Of a stretch of 64,000 nt of DNA, positions 38,658 to 50,869 are shown one piece after another. Location: assembly GCA_024137785.1 (NCBI GenBank), contig JAHRHZ010000031.1:7141787-7205786 (forward strand), in the 5' to 3' direction. The notes beneath the pieces were generated by a model that had not been told where the DNA came from, made no database searches, and saw nothing but the letters and a program-made list of their open reading frames with translations. Made by a program: the position numbers and the translations under genes. Position 1 is the first letter of the stretch; the number at the start of each line of letters is the position of its first letter. The stretch comes from Ginglymostoma cirratum. Its lineage: Eukaryota.

Positions 38658-39559
38658 AAAAACACAGACCTCTGTTATATTCAGTGTAATTAAAACACCT
38701 ACAGTGAATCCACTGTTGTTAACCATCCCAGACTCTCATCTTTTTATACATAATAACCAGAGTCTCTTTAGAAACTGGGAAGGTCAGGTCCTTCTTCCAA
38801 ATTCCCTTTTCAGGTTTTGTTTTAAGATTCCATTTTCAGTTAGGACTCACCTCCAATTGTGTAAACTTTAAAAGCACAGATTCCATTACAGTAGTTCAGT
38901 AAGTGTCTCAAGAGAAAAGTACTAAAATATATCTTGGTGATTTTTTTTATAACATCTCTTTCATTGGTGAAATGTCTCAGGTGTTATATGTGAGATGGTT
39001 CAATAAAGAAATGAATGAGAAGCTGTGGCCCTAAATGTACTGGTACACTCAAATACTCCATCTTAGAAGATCTTAGACATTGCCCTTATCAGAATAAATA
39101 CGTGCAGAATCATTCAAGTGAACGTTTGATGGAATAGCAATCTCAAATATAATTCCAATTTTGATTCCAACAATTTCTGCTCAATCTTCTCCATCAGTGG
39201 CCAGAATATTCAGTGCAATTTGCAAGACAAAATGTGCCTCTCATATGACACGACAACCACCTGTTCAGAAAAATCATTTTACCATTAGGTAATCCTCAAA
39301 AGTTTGTGGCTACAGGCGAGCAATGAACAAACTTATTCTGTTATGAAAGGATCTTGGAAAAAAAATGCTTGGTTCACAAAGTCTTCCAGCAGGCAATTCT
39401 CAATGCATATATAGAACAGCGAATAAACTAATTCATAGTGAACTTTCTAATGGCAATTCTGCAGTGAAGGTGAAACACAAACTCTACATCCTTGCCATTA
39501 AATTCATCCTCCTTTCCAATAACTATATATTAATTTAATAGTTCAGAGCATTAGTCCTA

Positions 39560-41607
39560 CCCAGTGGCAGATGCTTAAGGAAATATTCAATTCCCTAAAA
39601 TGTATTCCAGAGAAGAAGAAAGATTGTGAGGAGGATAAAAGCATTCATGCCTAAGCAATGAAGTTAAACATAACACACGTGCAAAACCCAAAGCATACAA
39701 AATTGCAAAGGCCAATGGCAAACTTGAATGTTGGGAAGCTTTTAAAGATCAACAAAGGGCTATGAAAAAGATAAATAAGAAGAGAACAGGTTAATTATGA
39801 AGGAAAACTAGTGCAAAATTTAAAAAAGGATCGCAAAGTCTTGTGTAAGTATGTAAAAGGGAAGGGAGGACCTGAAGTGCATGTTTGTCTTGGAGGACGA
39901 GACTGGGGAGATAATTGTGGGGAACAGAGAAATGGCGGAATCACTAAATCAATGTTTTGCCTTAGTTTTCACTGTGGAGGACATAAGCATCCTCCCAACA
40001 GTAACAGGTAATACAGAGGTTATAGAAAAGGACAAACTTAAAAACAAGTCAGCATTACTAGTGAAAAATACTGACCAATAATTTGGGACTACAGTCAAAC
40101 AAGTCCCCAGGGCCTGACAGTCTGCATCCTAGAGTGTCAAAGGAAGTGGCAGCAGAACTAGTTGATCCATTGGTTTTAATATTCCAAAATTTCCTGGGTG
40201 CAGAAAAGGTCCCAGTACATTGGAAAAAATGCTAATATAACAACCTTATTCAAAAAGAGAGGGTGGTACACTGTAGGAAGCTACAGGCCAATTAGTTTAA
40301 AGTTCTGTCATTGGGAAATTATTAGAATTCATTAGTAAAGAAGTAATAACAGGGCATTTGTAAAGTAAAATTGAAATTCAGAGTAGGCATGGTTTTCTGA
40401 AGGATATATCATGCTTGACTAATTTGCTGGAGTTCTTCAAAGATGTAACTAGGAACATGGATAAAGGGGAGCCTGTAGATGCAGTATATTTGGACTTTCA
40501 GAAAGGCACCGGATGACGTGCTATACAAAAGGTTAATGCAGAAGGTAAGATCACATGGGGTTATAGGTAATATATCAACTTAGAGGATTTGCTAACCAAC
40601 AGAAAACACGATAAGGGTAAATGGGTCTTTTTCTGATTGGCATGATATAACTAGTCACAGACCACAGGTCCACGGCCCCAACTATGTGTAATTAATATTA
40701 ATGACATGGATGCAGGGATAGAGGTCACGATGGACAAATTTAAATGCAATACTAAATTGGTGGGAAAGCACGCAATGAGGAAACAAAAGCAAAATTTCCA
40801 AGTGGATGTAGATACGTTAGGTGAATGGGCCAAAACGGGCAGATGGAGTAAATGTGGATAAGTGTGAGAATGTGTGTTTTGGTCAGAAGAATACAAAGGC
40901 AACTTATTATCCAAGTGGAGAGAAACATCACAGCACTTTGTGCAGAGGGATCTGGGAGTGCTCGCACATGAACCAGAGAAAAGAAGTATGCAGGTACAGC
41001 AAGTAATAAGGAAGGCAAATGAAGTTTGGCATTTATTGAGAAAGAAAGAGTATCACAGCAGGGAAATGTTGTTGCAAATTTACAAGGCATTAGTAAGACT
41101 TTACCTAGAGGTCTGCACATAGTTTTGGGCCCCTTGGGGATGTAGTTCAGAGGAGTTTCATTAGACTGATTTCAATGATGTGGGTTTTATCTTATGAACA
41201 GAAATTGAGTAGTTGAACGCTTATACTCACTGGAAAGTAGAAGAATGAAAGAAGATCAATTGAGGAGTATAAAATGTTAAAGGGGATTAAATGTTAAAGT
41301 AGACATACAACAGATCACTTTTGGGCAATGTACAATGAGAGGTCATAGTTTTTGGACAAGGGGTAGCAGATTTAAAACAGAGTAAAAAATGTCAGGGCTC
41401 TATGGAATCCACTACCCCAGGGTATGGTGGACACTGAATAAATTCAAGAAGGAGACAGGCAGAAATTTTAATCCTTAATGGGTTGAAGGGTGTAGACAAT
41501 GGGCAGGAAAGTGGAACTGAGGTTGACAGGAGATCAGTCATGATTAGATTGAATGGTGAAGCTGGCTCAAAGGACTGAATTGCCTACTGTTGCTCACATT
41601 CTTATTC
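39560..41607 (+). mobile_element. CR1 LINE ORF2 remnant of about 2 kb, 5'-truncated and disrupted
   Basis: KSPGPDSLHPRVSKEVA, VYLDFQKA (about 40484-40507), QRDLGVL, LQIYKALVRLYLE, CR1 3' tail. Confidence 0.92.
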
Positions 41608-41775
41608 AAACTTGCATTCTAACTGCATAGACTCTCCATCATAAGGACTACTAGCTTGCTCTTCCAGAATACCACCGCTTCTGCTTTGACCATAGTTCTT
41701 TTACCATCATATTCTTCATTTTTGTTTAGGTCCCCATTTGACTTCATTTTTCTGATGCTCTTCCTACTAGTCTCC

Positions 41776-41815
41776 AAACCTCAACCCTCTGTAAACCTCA
41801 ACCCTCTCTAAACCT
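41776..41815 (+). repeat. 17-bp tandem repeat (aaacctcaaccctctst) x2.3
   Basis: Seen directly. Confidence 0.85.
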
Positions 41816-42232
41816 TAGTTCATCTAAACTTTTCCTTACCCTATTATACTCTGCATCAATTCAACTCCACAATTACTTCCCTCAACATATCCATCTCTGT
41901 GCTTTTACCAACTCTCCTCAAATCCTTTATCTTTGATTAAGTCTTCAGTAACCCTTCCATTGACTCCCCCTTTGGCCCACTGCCCATTATTCTTATTGAC
42001 CTCTGTGTGATTCCTAAGGAAATTCTGAGTCATTGAAGCTCCACAGAAGTACAACTTGTCTGAAATACATCATTAAGCTATCATCATTAATGCATAGTAG
42101 TGGAGTTTTGCACAAATTATATTGCAAATATTAGAAGGATTAGGAATGATTTACTAAATCCAAAGCCACTACCTGGTACCTATGACTTAATCAGAACCAA
42201 GGACAAATATTTCATGCATCCAGCTTCAAGCA

Positions 42233-42255
42233 ACACACACACACACACACACACA
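42233..42255 (+). repeat. (AC)11 microsatellite
   Basis: Seen directly. Confidence 0.97.
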
Positions 42256-42722
42256 GACATTAGCACTTCTAGCCATGTAGACAAATTATATTGTCCTTGA
42301 AAAAGTGCCAAACTACAATTATGGAATATTAGAACCATAGAGCAGAAGAAAATTAGCAAAGGCTCTGATGGCATCATGTAGAAGCAGGAAAACCGGAACA
42401 GAGATAAGACTGAAATAATCCATAACCATCATTGTCTACATGTATTTACATACACAAACCAACCATTTGATTTTTCATTCTGCAAAAAAAAAAAACCTTT
42501 CATTACATTGTTAATGCGCCCTTGATAGCATTGGACAACAACATCCATTAAAACATTACAAGCTCTAGATTTTCATGAAATCTTCAGGAATTAAATATTA
42601 ATTGCTGGGAAACTACAGTAATTGATTGGATATTCATAGTTGCAATGAAAAACACAATGTGCTTTTTTCCATTTGTTTTGATCAATTCAAGCGTAATAAT
42701 GCTTATTCATCATCAAAACATT

Positions 42723-42746
42723 GGAAATGGAAATGGAAATGGAAAT
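42723..42746 (+). repeat. (GGAAAT)4 hexamer repeat
   Basis: Seen directly. Confidence 0.95.
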
Positions 42747-43302
42747 GAAACCTCCAGTAAAATTTCAGATCAGATTTGGCAACCCGATTGTGAAGAAGGT
42801 GTACCTTACAGTCCAGGTGCTAGGGCTTCAAATGAACTTGGAAAAAAAGGAAAAAAAAAGCATCCAGCACAGAGATTTCTGTTTGGGATATGTTTTGCAG
42901 AAATTGGGAATTTACAATGAGCAGGCACAAGGCCAACTAACATTGCAAATTACAGGATTGCAGCACTTTGGAACAGAAAGAAAATAATTTGCATTTATGG
43001 TGTTTTTAGTATCCATTAGATATCCTAATAATCTTTACCTTATTACTTTTCTGAAATGTGGTCATTTTTGTTTCGTAGCCATGTGCAACAACCACCAATT
43101 TGGCACAAAGAGGATCCCATAGACAGCATTAACCTAAATGGCAAGTTTATCAATTTTTGGTGCTGCTGGACGAACACCCGAAGAAATTCATATTCTTTTA
43201 CAAATGGGTTCAAAGGATTATCTATAGAATGGCAGAATAGTTATGTCTGTATCTGTGCATTCACCCTCAGCAAGAGTAATTCTTATTAGTTCCATTACCC
43301 AG

Positions 43303-43429
43303 AGATAGTAAGAACTGCTGATGCCAGAGTCAGAGGTAACACAGTGTGGAGCTAGAGGAACACAGCAAGCAGGGCAGCATCAGAGGAGCAGGAAAGTTGA
43401 CGTTTCAGGTCAGGACCCTTCTTCAGAAA
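43303..43429 (-). mobile_element. Penelope-type terminal repeat
   Basis: Minus strand tttctgaagaagggtcctgacctgaaacgtcaactttcctgctcctctgatgctgcc...; inverted partner at 43814-43935. Confidence 0.75.
43396..43429 (-). ncRNA. Minimal hammerhead ribozyme-like motif (Penelope type)
   Basis: UUU-CUGAAGA-AGG(GUCCUGA)CCU-GAAA-CGUC-AAC: conserved CUGANGA and GAAA boxes, helix II, palindromic ACGU helix III, GUC site. Helix I is very short. Confidence 0.55.
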
Positions 43430-43813
43430 GGAGTCTGTGTTATCTCTAGTTTCATTATCCATCCTCCTTTGTCATCTTGCATTTTTTTTTCTCCTCAAAT
43501 AACCATCTCAATATCTTTTGAAGATATTTCAGTTGAATCTGTAGTTACCCCACTATCAAGCATTGGATTCTAGATCTTTACCAGTCGGACCTTAAAAAAA
43601 GATTTACCCCATATTGCCATTGCTTCATCAGCCAATCACTTTAAGGTAGTCACGTGATCTTTCCACCAATGGGAATACTTCCTCACTATTTACCCTCTCT
43701 AAATTCCTCATGATTTTGAACACTTTTCTCAAATCTCCTCTTAATTTTGCCTTCTTTGAGGAGGACAGTTCCAGCTTCTCTAATGTATTCACATAACTTA
43801 AGTTCCTCAGACC

Positions 43814-43935
43814 TTTCTGACAAAGGATCCCAACCTGAAACATCAACTTTCCTGCTCCTCTGATGCTGCCTGACCTGCTGTGTTCCTCCAGCTCCACACT
43901 GTATTGACTCTGAATCCAGCATCTGCAGTTCTTGC
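43814..43935 (+). mobile_element. Penelope-type terminal repeat (hammerhead core mutated to CUGACAA)
   Basis: tttctgacaaaggatcccaacctgaaacatcaactttcctgctcctctgatgctgcctgacctgctgtg. Confidence 0.75.
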
Positions 43936-43949
43936 TTGGTCTAATCCTG

Positions 43950-45762
43950 AAACAGACCCTTTGGTCCAATCGCCCATACTGACCAGATATCCTCATGAAA
44001 TTTAGTCCAATTTGCCAGCATTAGGCCCCAACCCCTATAAACCCTCACTATTCATATACCCATCCAGATGTCTTTTAAATGTTGTAATTGTACCAGCTTC
44101 CCACCACTTCCTCTGCCAACTCATTCTATACACGCACCATCGTCTGTGTGAAAAAGTTGCCCCTTAGGTCCCTTTTAAATCTTTCCACTTTCACCTTAAA
44201 CCTCTGCCCTTCAGTTTTGGGCTCCCCACCCCAGGGAAATTAAACTGTCTATTTACCTTATCCATGCCCTTCAGGATTTTATAAAACTCTATAAGGTCAC
44301 CCATCAGCCTCCAATGCTCCAGGGAAAATAGCCCCAGACTATTCAGCTTCTCCCTATAGCTTCAACCCTCCAACCCCGGCAACATCCTTGTAAAGTCTTT
44401 TCTGAATCCTTTCAATTTTCACAACATCCTTCCTTACAGTAGGGAGATCAAAATTGCACACAGTATTCCAAAAGTGGCCTAACCAATGTCCTGTACAGCC
44501 ACAATATAATGTCCCAACTATTATACTCAATGCACTGACCAACAAAGTCAAGCATACCAAACACCTTCGCTATCCTGTCTACGTGTGACTCCACTTTCAA
44601 GGAACTATGAACCTGCACTCCAAGGTCTCTTTGCTCAGCAACACTCCCCAGGACCTAACTATTAAGTGTACAAGTCCTGCCCTGATTTGCCTTTCCAAAA
44701 TGCAGCACCTTACATTTATCTAAATTAAACTTCATCTGCCACTCCTCAGCCCATTGGTCCTTCTGCTTAAGATCCCGCTGTACCTTCTTTTCTGTCCACT
44801 ACACCTCCAATTTTGGCATCATCTGCAAACTTATAACCATACCTCCTGTGTTCACATTCAAATCATTAACCTAAATGATGAAAAGCAGTGGACCCAGCAC
44901 CGATCCTTAAGGCACACCGCTGGTCACAGGCCTCGAGTCTGAAAAGCAACCTACCACCATCACCCTCTCCTTCCTTTGAGCCAATTGTGTATCCAAATGG
45001 CTAGCTCTCCCAGTATTCCATGTGATCTAATCTTGCTAAGCAGTGTACCATGAAGAACTTTGTTGAATGCCTTACTGAAGTCCATACAGATCACATCCAC
45101 CTCTCTGCCCTCATCAATCCTCTTCATTACTTCTTCCAAAAAACTCAATCAAGTTAGTGAGACACGATTTCCCACACACAAAGCCATGTTGACTATCTCT
45201 AATCAGTCCTTACCTTTCCAAATACATGTAAATCCTGTCCCTCAGAATCCCCTCCAACAACTTACCCACCATGGATATCAGGCTCACCAGTCTACAGTTC
45301 CCTGGCTTTTCCTTACCGCCTTTCTCAAATTGTGGCAGCATATTCACGAACCTCCAGTCTTCTGGCACCTCACCTGCGGCTATCAATGATACAAATATCT
45401 CAGCAAGGAGCCCAGCAATTACTTCCATAGCTTCCCACAGAGTTCGAGGGTACACCTGATCATGTCCCGGGGATTTATCCACCTTTACGCATTTTACAAT
45501 GTCCAGCACCTCCTCCTTTGTAATATGGGCATTTTTCAGATGTCATTATTTATTTCCCCACGTTCTATATCTTCCCTATTCTTCTCCACAGTGAACATTG
45601 ATGCAAAATACTTGTTTAGCATCTCCCCCATCTCCTGTGGTACCACGCATAGGTGGCTCTGCTGATCTTTAAGGGGCTCTATTCTCTCCTTAGTTACCCT
45701 TTTGTCCTTCTTGTATTTATGGAATCCCTCTGGATGCTCCTTAGCCCTATTTGCCAAAGCTG
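43950..45762 (-). mobile_element. CR1/HER1-type LINE ORF2 remnant (about 1.8 kb), nested in an older CR1
   Basis: KVDKSPGHDQVYPRTLWEA, VDVICMDFSKAFNKVLH. The older CR1 host lies at about 43520-43813 and resumes at about 45765-46170. Confidence 0.92.
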
Positions 45763-46184
45763 TCTTTGCCTCCTTCCTAATGTATGGTGCCCAGAACTGG
45801 AGACAATACTGCATTTGAGGCTGAACCAGTGTTTGATACAAGTTTATCATAACCACCTTACTCTCATAATCTAGGTACCCTTTTATAATTCCCTGGATTT
45901 GATTTGCTGTATTCACTGTTTTCTTAACCCATCTACCAGCTCCAGGATTTGCACATGTACACCTGCAGAACTTTGTGCTAATGCACTCCTTTTGAAATTG
46001 TACCCTTTGTTTATATTGCTTCCGAATGAAGTGAATCGTTCATGCGACTTTGCTTGAAAGTTCATCTGCCTCCTGTCTGCCATTCCACCAGGTCATCTAT
46101 ATATTTTTTTGCAGACTAACACTACCCTCTTCTCGGATCACTACACTTCCATTTTCTTTTAAACTTTCTGTGCCCACTTGATTT

Positions 46185-46347
46185 TGAAAATTAGGCCATT
46201 ATTTGACACCTCACCTGAAATATGGCAGCTCTGACAATATAATATTTGTTTTGTATTCCACTGGAGAACTAGAGACTGAAGTCGTAAAACGGAGTTGGGT
46301 ACTTACAAACTTCTGACTCAGAGGAAAATCTGCTGCTATCGAGCCAA
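46185..46347 (-). mobile_element. Degenerate DeuSINE 5' part
   Basis: Minus strand ctctgagtcagaagtttgtaagt...ttgtcagagctgccatatttcaggtgaggtgtcaaa. Confidence 0.5.
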
Positions 46348-46849
46348 CAGATGGACCGTTGATTCTGTATTTCACTTTCAGAGAGACAACAAGGCAACAA
46401 ATTGCCCATGGATTAGCATAGAATAATATATACCAGAATATGGCTGAAGACAGAAAACAATGGGAAAACATTCACTGCATTAAAAAAAATTTACGTTTTA
46501 ATCCCTTTTCGCAAGAAGATAGCTTGCTTGACAACTTGCATTTCACTTGTTGTATGAAGCTGCCGTGTTCTACGTTAATGATTAAGTTTCAAGTAGTCCT
46601 CCAAGAAAACAGTATCCTCTATTAACATGTCCCGCAAACAATACTTTTTGATAATATAACCTGGGTTTCAACTGTATACATTTTTACAATTGGTATCCTG
46701 TGTATGCGCCCAATCATGATGAATGATAGTGACAATGGAATTGAGAAAAAGAAAATTCAACATTGTATGGCAGTATAATGTTGAGGTTTATTTATTTAGT
46801 GCAATGATATGAATATGTATTCACACCCAAATATCTGTTCTACTTGAAC

Positions 46850-47063
46850 AAAAGCAAAATACCGTGGATGCTGAGAACCTGAAACAACACAAAATACTAG
46901 GAAAACTGAACAGCTCTGGCAGTATCTGTGCAAAGAGAAAGAGTTAATCTTTTGAGTTAACTCAGTTCTGAAGAGTCATGCTGGACTCAAAACATTCACT
47001 CTGTTTCTCTCTCCACAGACTGCCAGATCTGATGAGTTTCTCCAGCACTCTCTGATTTTGTTC
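46850..47063. mobile_element. Self-inverted (fold-back) Penelope-type repeat pair
   Basis: Left arm ggaaaactgaacagctctggcagtatctgtgcaaagagaaagagttaa; right arm ttcactctgtttctctctccacagactgccagatctgatgagtttctcc. Confidence 0.7.
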
Positions 47064-47537
47064 CATTCTACTTCATCTTTTTGCCAGAAAATATCTATTA
47101 TCACAGGAAATCTGTCAAAGTGCCAGTCTACATTGCATTGATCAGCTTGGGCTACATCTAAAAATGCCTTTGCAATTTTTCTTTGTTATTCCAAGCATCT
47201 CAACAAATGCTGAAAACAATAAGATTTCCAGCTCACCAACCAAGGCTTTTTTTCAGAAAATTTGTCACGTCTATTTATTTAAATAAGTCACACAATTTTT
47301 CTTTTAATTAATGCAACAACAAAGCGTTATTGGCAGTTTAAACACGACAGCATTATTTTTAAATCAATCACAGAAGTGCAAACAAGGTGGCACTGGCAAT
47401 CTATTCCTATTTATTTTCTTTGGGTATGCCTTTTGCTTATCCTGTTACAAATTTCAGAATTTCCCAAAGGCTCCTTACAACACTTTACATCAAATGATGC
47501 CTCTCCCTGCGTTCATAGTAAGTGGGTTGATAGATTT

Positions 47538-47637
47538 NNNNNNNNNNNNNNNNNNNNNNNNNNNNNNNNNNNNNNNNNNNNNNNNNNNNNNNNNNNNNNN
47601 NNNNNNNNNNNNNNNNNNNNNNNNNNNNNNNNNNNNN
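47538..47637. other. Assembly gap (100 N) in intron 48
   Basis: Run of exactly 100 N; true size unknown. Confidence 0.99.
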
Positions 47638-50600
47638 TGGGTTCCTTGCGAGTTCCAGTGGGAAGAGTAGGGTGAAGCTTCTTGATCAAGCACCCTGGAG
47701 CACACAAAAGACTCCAGGCCAACAGGAAGGGCCATCCCAACTGAAAGACCCTTGTCTTACTCTCATGAACAAACCCCATCCCTGGCTTCCGAGGGCCTGT
47801 TTGATTGATATGATTGCCCCAACCTACCTCCAGTTCCTCTCTAACAGCTCCTCCTGATCGGGGACTGGCAGTGGTCCCTGCAATGCTCAACACACTCAGC
47901 CAAGTTTTTCAAGGCTCTTTCCTTTGGAAGGATATCTAGAGTGCCGACAGCAAACTCTATGACAAATCTGAAATGCAGCCAGGGCTTCCATGACCTGCTA
48001 AGGTAGGAATGCCCCCAGCATTCCAACTGACTGACAGGGCCACCAATGAGCTGGCAGATTCTGGCTCATGATTCGACCAGTGAAAAACATGGTCACAGCA
48101 AGCTGACTGGTCACCTTACATACAGACCACTTTATATCATGCTGACTTTGTTTTCTATGGAAAAAAAAATTAAGCAAGGCAAACTGGATAGACTATACAC
48201 CTCAGCCCACTTTTTAACCAGTTTGGCAAATTAAAATTATGCATGTTTTGGCTTTTGCTTTTAAATTTCTTTCTCTCTCAAATAAACATATCAACTCATG
48301 CTAGGAAGCACTTCTACAGATCTCAGTGGTTGGCTGTGTACAGTCTATAATGTGGTCCAACGAGAGATTCAAAGAACTGTTGGTTGCTGCGATTGTAGAG
48401 ATTAAACTTATGAAAGACAACTCATATGGAACCTTCGAAGACTAAAGGCTCCATGAGAATTATGGACATTGCAAGAGGCACAACAACAGCCTAAGATGCA
48501 GAGAACAATCCATACCTGGTTACAAAAGACATTCTGACAAACCCAAAATGCCTATGCCATAAGGAAATTTCCCTCTTCCCACTATAAATGTGTCATCAAC
48601 TGTACAGCCTTCCATATATATTAGCTCAGATAATTTTCAATCATGCCATCTTATGACAGTTGCTTCTAACAATTTTAATTCCATCATTCTATTATTGACA
48701 GCCAATAATGTGCACCTTCTTGGGCTTGTGTATTTTTCTTAGCATTATTCTTTCCTTAATGCTTGTTTGTACCACTTAAACCTAATTTATTGCTTCCCAC
48801 GTTCTTCCTCAGTGCAGGCATGTTGTTGCACCTTCTGACTGAGATAGTCCTCGACAAATGGCAGCTAAATCCTAAGAAGACCCTACGACAGACTGTACTC
48901 TTTGTATGAGCACATAGGCAACCGGGCCCTGCCTTCAGACAATCATGTGTATATCCATGAGGCAACTGGGAAGAAGGTCTGTGTGTGCCGATGTCCTAAG
49001 AGAAAAAGAAAGAAAGTGCAACATCTTGTCTATCCATTCTTTGTCAGTGCTGGGCACTTTCTCTACATAGTTTCGAGACAGGGAGCTGTTTCTGACAGGA
49101 ATTCAATTACGCCTTTGCCATTGAGAAATAAATGGCACCCCCTTCAGCAAATGTCATAAAGTCAAAGAGCAAAACATGTGGCTAAAGTAGAAATACGTCC
49201 AGAAAATATATTAAACTGACAAAATAAATATAAACTGTTGCAACAGTAACCAAGCCCTTCAAACCTATTCCATTTTCAAGAAGGCAAACTAAATACCCTG
49301 ACATCAGTTTAATATTCAATATACCACAGTGGAAAATGGGACTACTGAGGTTAGAAAATCAGGTAAGTTTGAACGTGAGTAGAGATCCTGTGTAACTGTA
49401 AATCCAGGCTGCTCATTACCATCTCAAAATCATACAGAACACAGCAGCAAACCTCAGAGTAAATGTCAACAGCATATTCAATTATGGGTCAGTCACCGCC
49501 AAACGTCATTGTTCTCTACACCTGACATCCACTCATGCCATGACTGAGATACGCAAGTCAGCACAGATCTGAGATCAAACATTTTTTTTCATTGATGCAA
49601 TCCTCCTAGACTCTATTCCTTCTAATTGCCCATGTACACTGCATAAAACAATGTTCAAACCCAGGGAAGAAACTAAAGTATGAATGATTTTATCTCTAGA
49701 AGTATGAACACTTCAGCCAATACTAAACGTCGTGTACAATCCTAAATCTTGAATCCATGAATGCAATAGTGTTGTGAATTAAATGAGAAGATATTACAAA
49801 ATTCAGATGCTAACTGACAGTTATCAACAATTAGCTATGGATCCTATGCGAATGTACTAAGTATTTTGCAATTTGAGAAAAAAAATACAAGAAATTGGTT
49901 AAAGGTACACGTTTATTGTATCCATAGAAAAGTAATAAAAATAATAGTCAAAAGACATTTACAGCCGGAATGTAGTTCAGGCTTTTGCATTTAGCTCATG
50001 AGCTTACAGCATTAGTTCACTCACACCCTCACACTCTCACTCTGTCTCAACTGATCACGGAATCTTCCCTCAAAACATTTCATGATTCTTGACTCAAATA
50101 TTCCTGAATTCCAGTGCTCTAACACGAAATTTGCAAAGAGAATTTTTTTTCCCTATCTCCTCTCCTTTTTGTTGGCCAATCTTACAACAATAAACCCTTA
50201 CGGAGAGTCTCTCATCTGAATGAAATACACAGGAGAACTGTGTTTCCTATTGCTGCTTCTAGCAGCACAATGCAGACTTAATTATCCTTAGTGCCACAGG
50301 CAATGTAAGTAATGACGCGATGTGAACAAATTTCTCCCATTCAGCCTTTCCTTATATACCTTCCAAAGTTTAAAATGGTACTTTCCTATCATGTTATAAC
50401 ACCTAATTTCCTAATTCAAACATTTTAGAATATAGATTTAACAATTTAATTTTTAAAGCTAAAAACTAAGTAGAAACATCTGATTATGTAGCTGTTAGAC
50501 CACCCCATTGTGAAGGCATATCAAACAAGCTTGGAGTTAATTACGATAAAAGGATTATTTTACAAGGTCAGAAGTAGAGGTGTGAAGGCATTGAGCAATT

Positions 50601-50869
50601 GATGGCCCATCTTTGAGATTATTACGGAGCCAGAAGTTTGATCCTTACTTCAATAAGCTTTTGAAATGTCTTTGAAGTTAGTTCCCAGATAAAAAGAAGT
50701 TGAAAGTTGATTGCAAAATAAGTTTCTTAAGAGGACTAGCAATTCTGGGAAAGGGGTCATAAAACTCTATTAAAGATTTTGTTTTATTGTTTCATAGAAC
50801 GTAGGAGTCAGTGGCAATGCTAAATTGTCCTTGAATTCAGTGGTTTGCTAAGCAATATCCAGGGACAAT

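Noticed and set aside
42723-42746. (GGAAAT)4 as an NFAT site array or a coding MEMEMEM repeat
   Set aside because: Most simply a slippage microsatellite; no other support.
45536-45916. 126-aa ORF as a novel protein
   Set aside because: Chimeric read-through across the junction of two CR1 remnants.
47311-47893. ORFs spanning the N run
   Set aside because: Artefacts of translating through the assembly gap.
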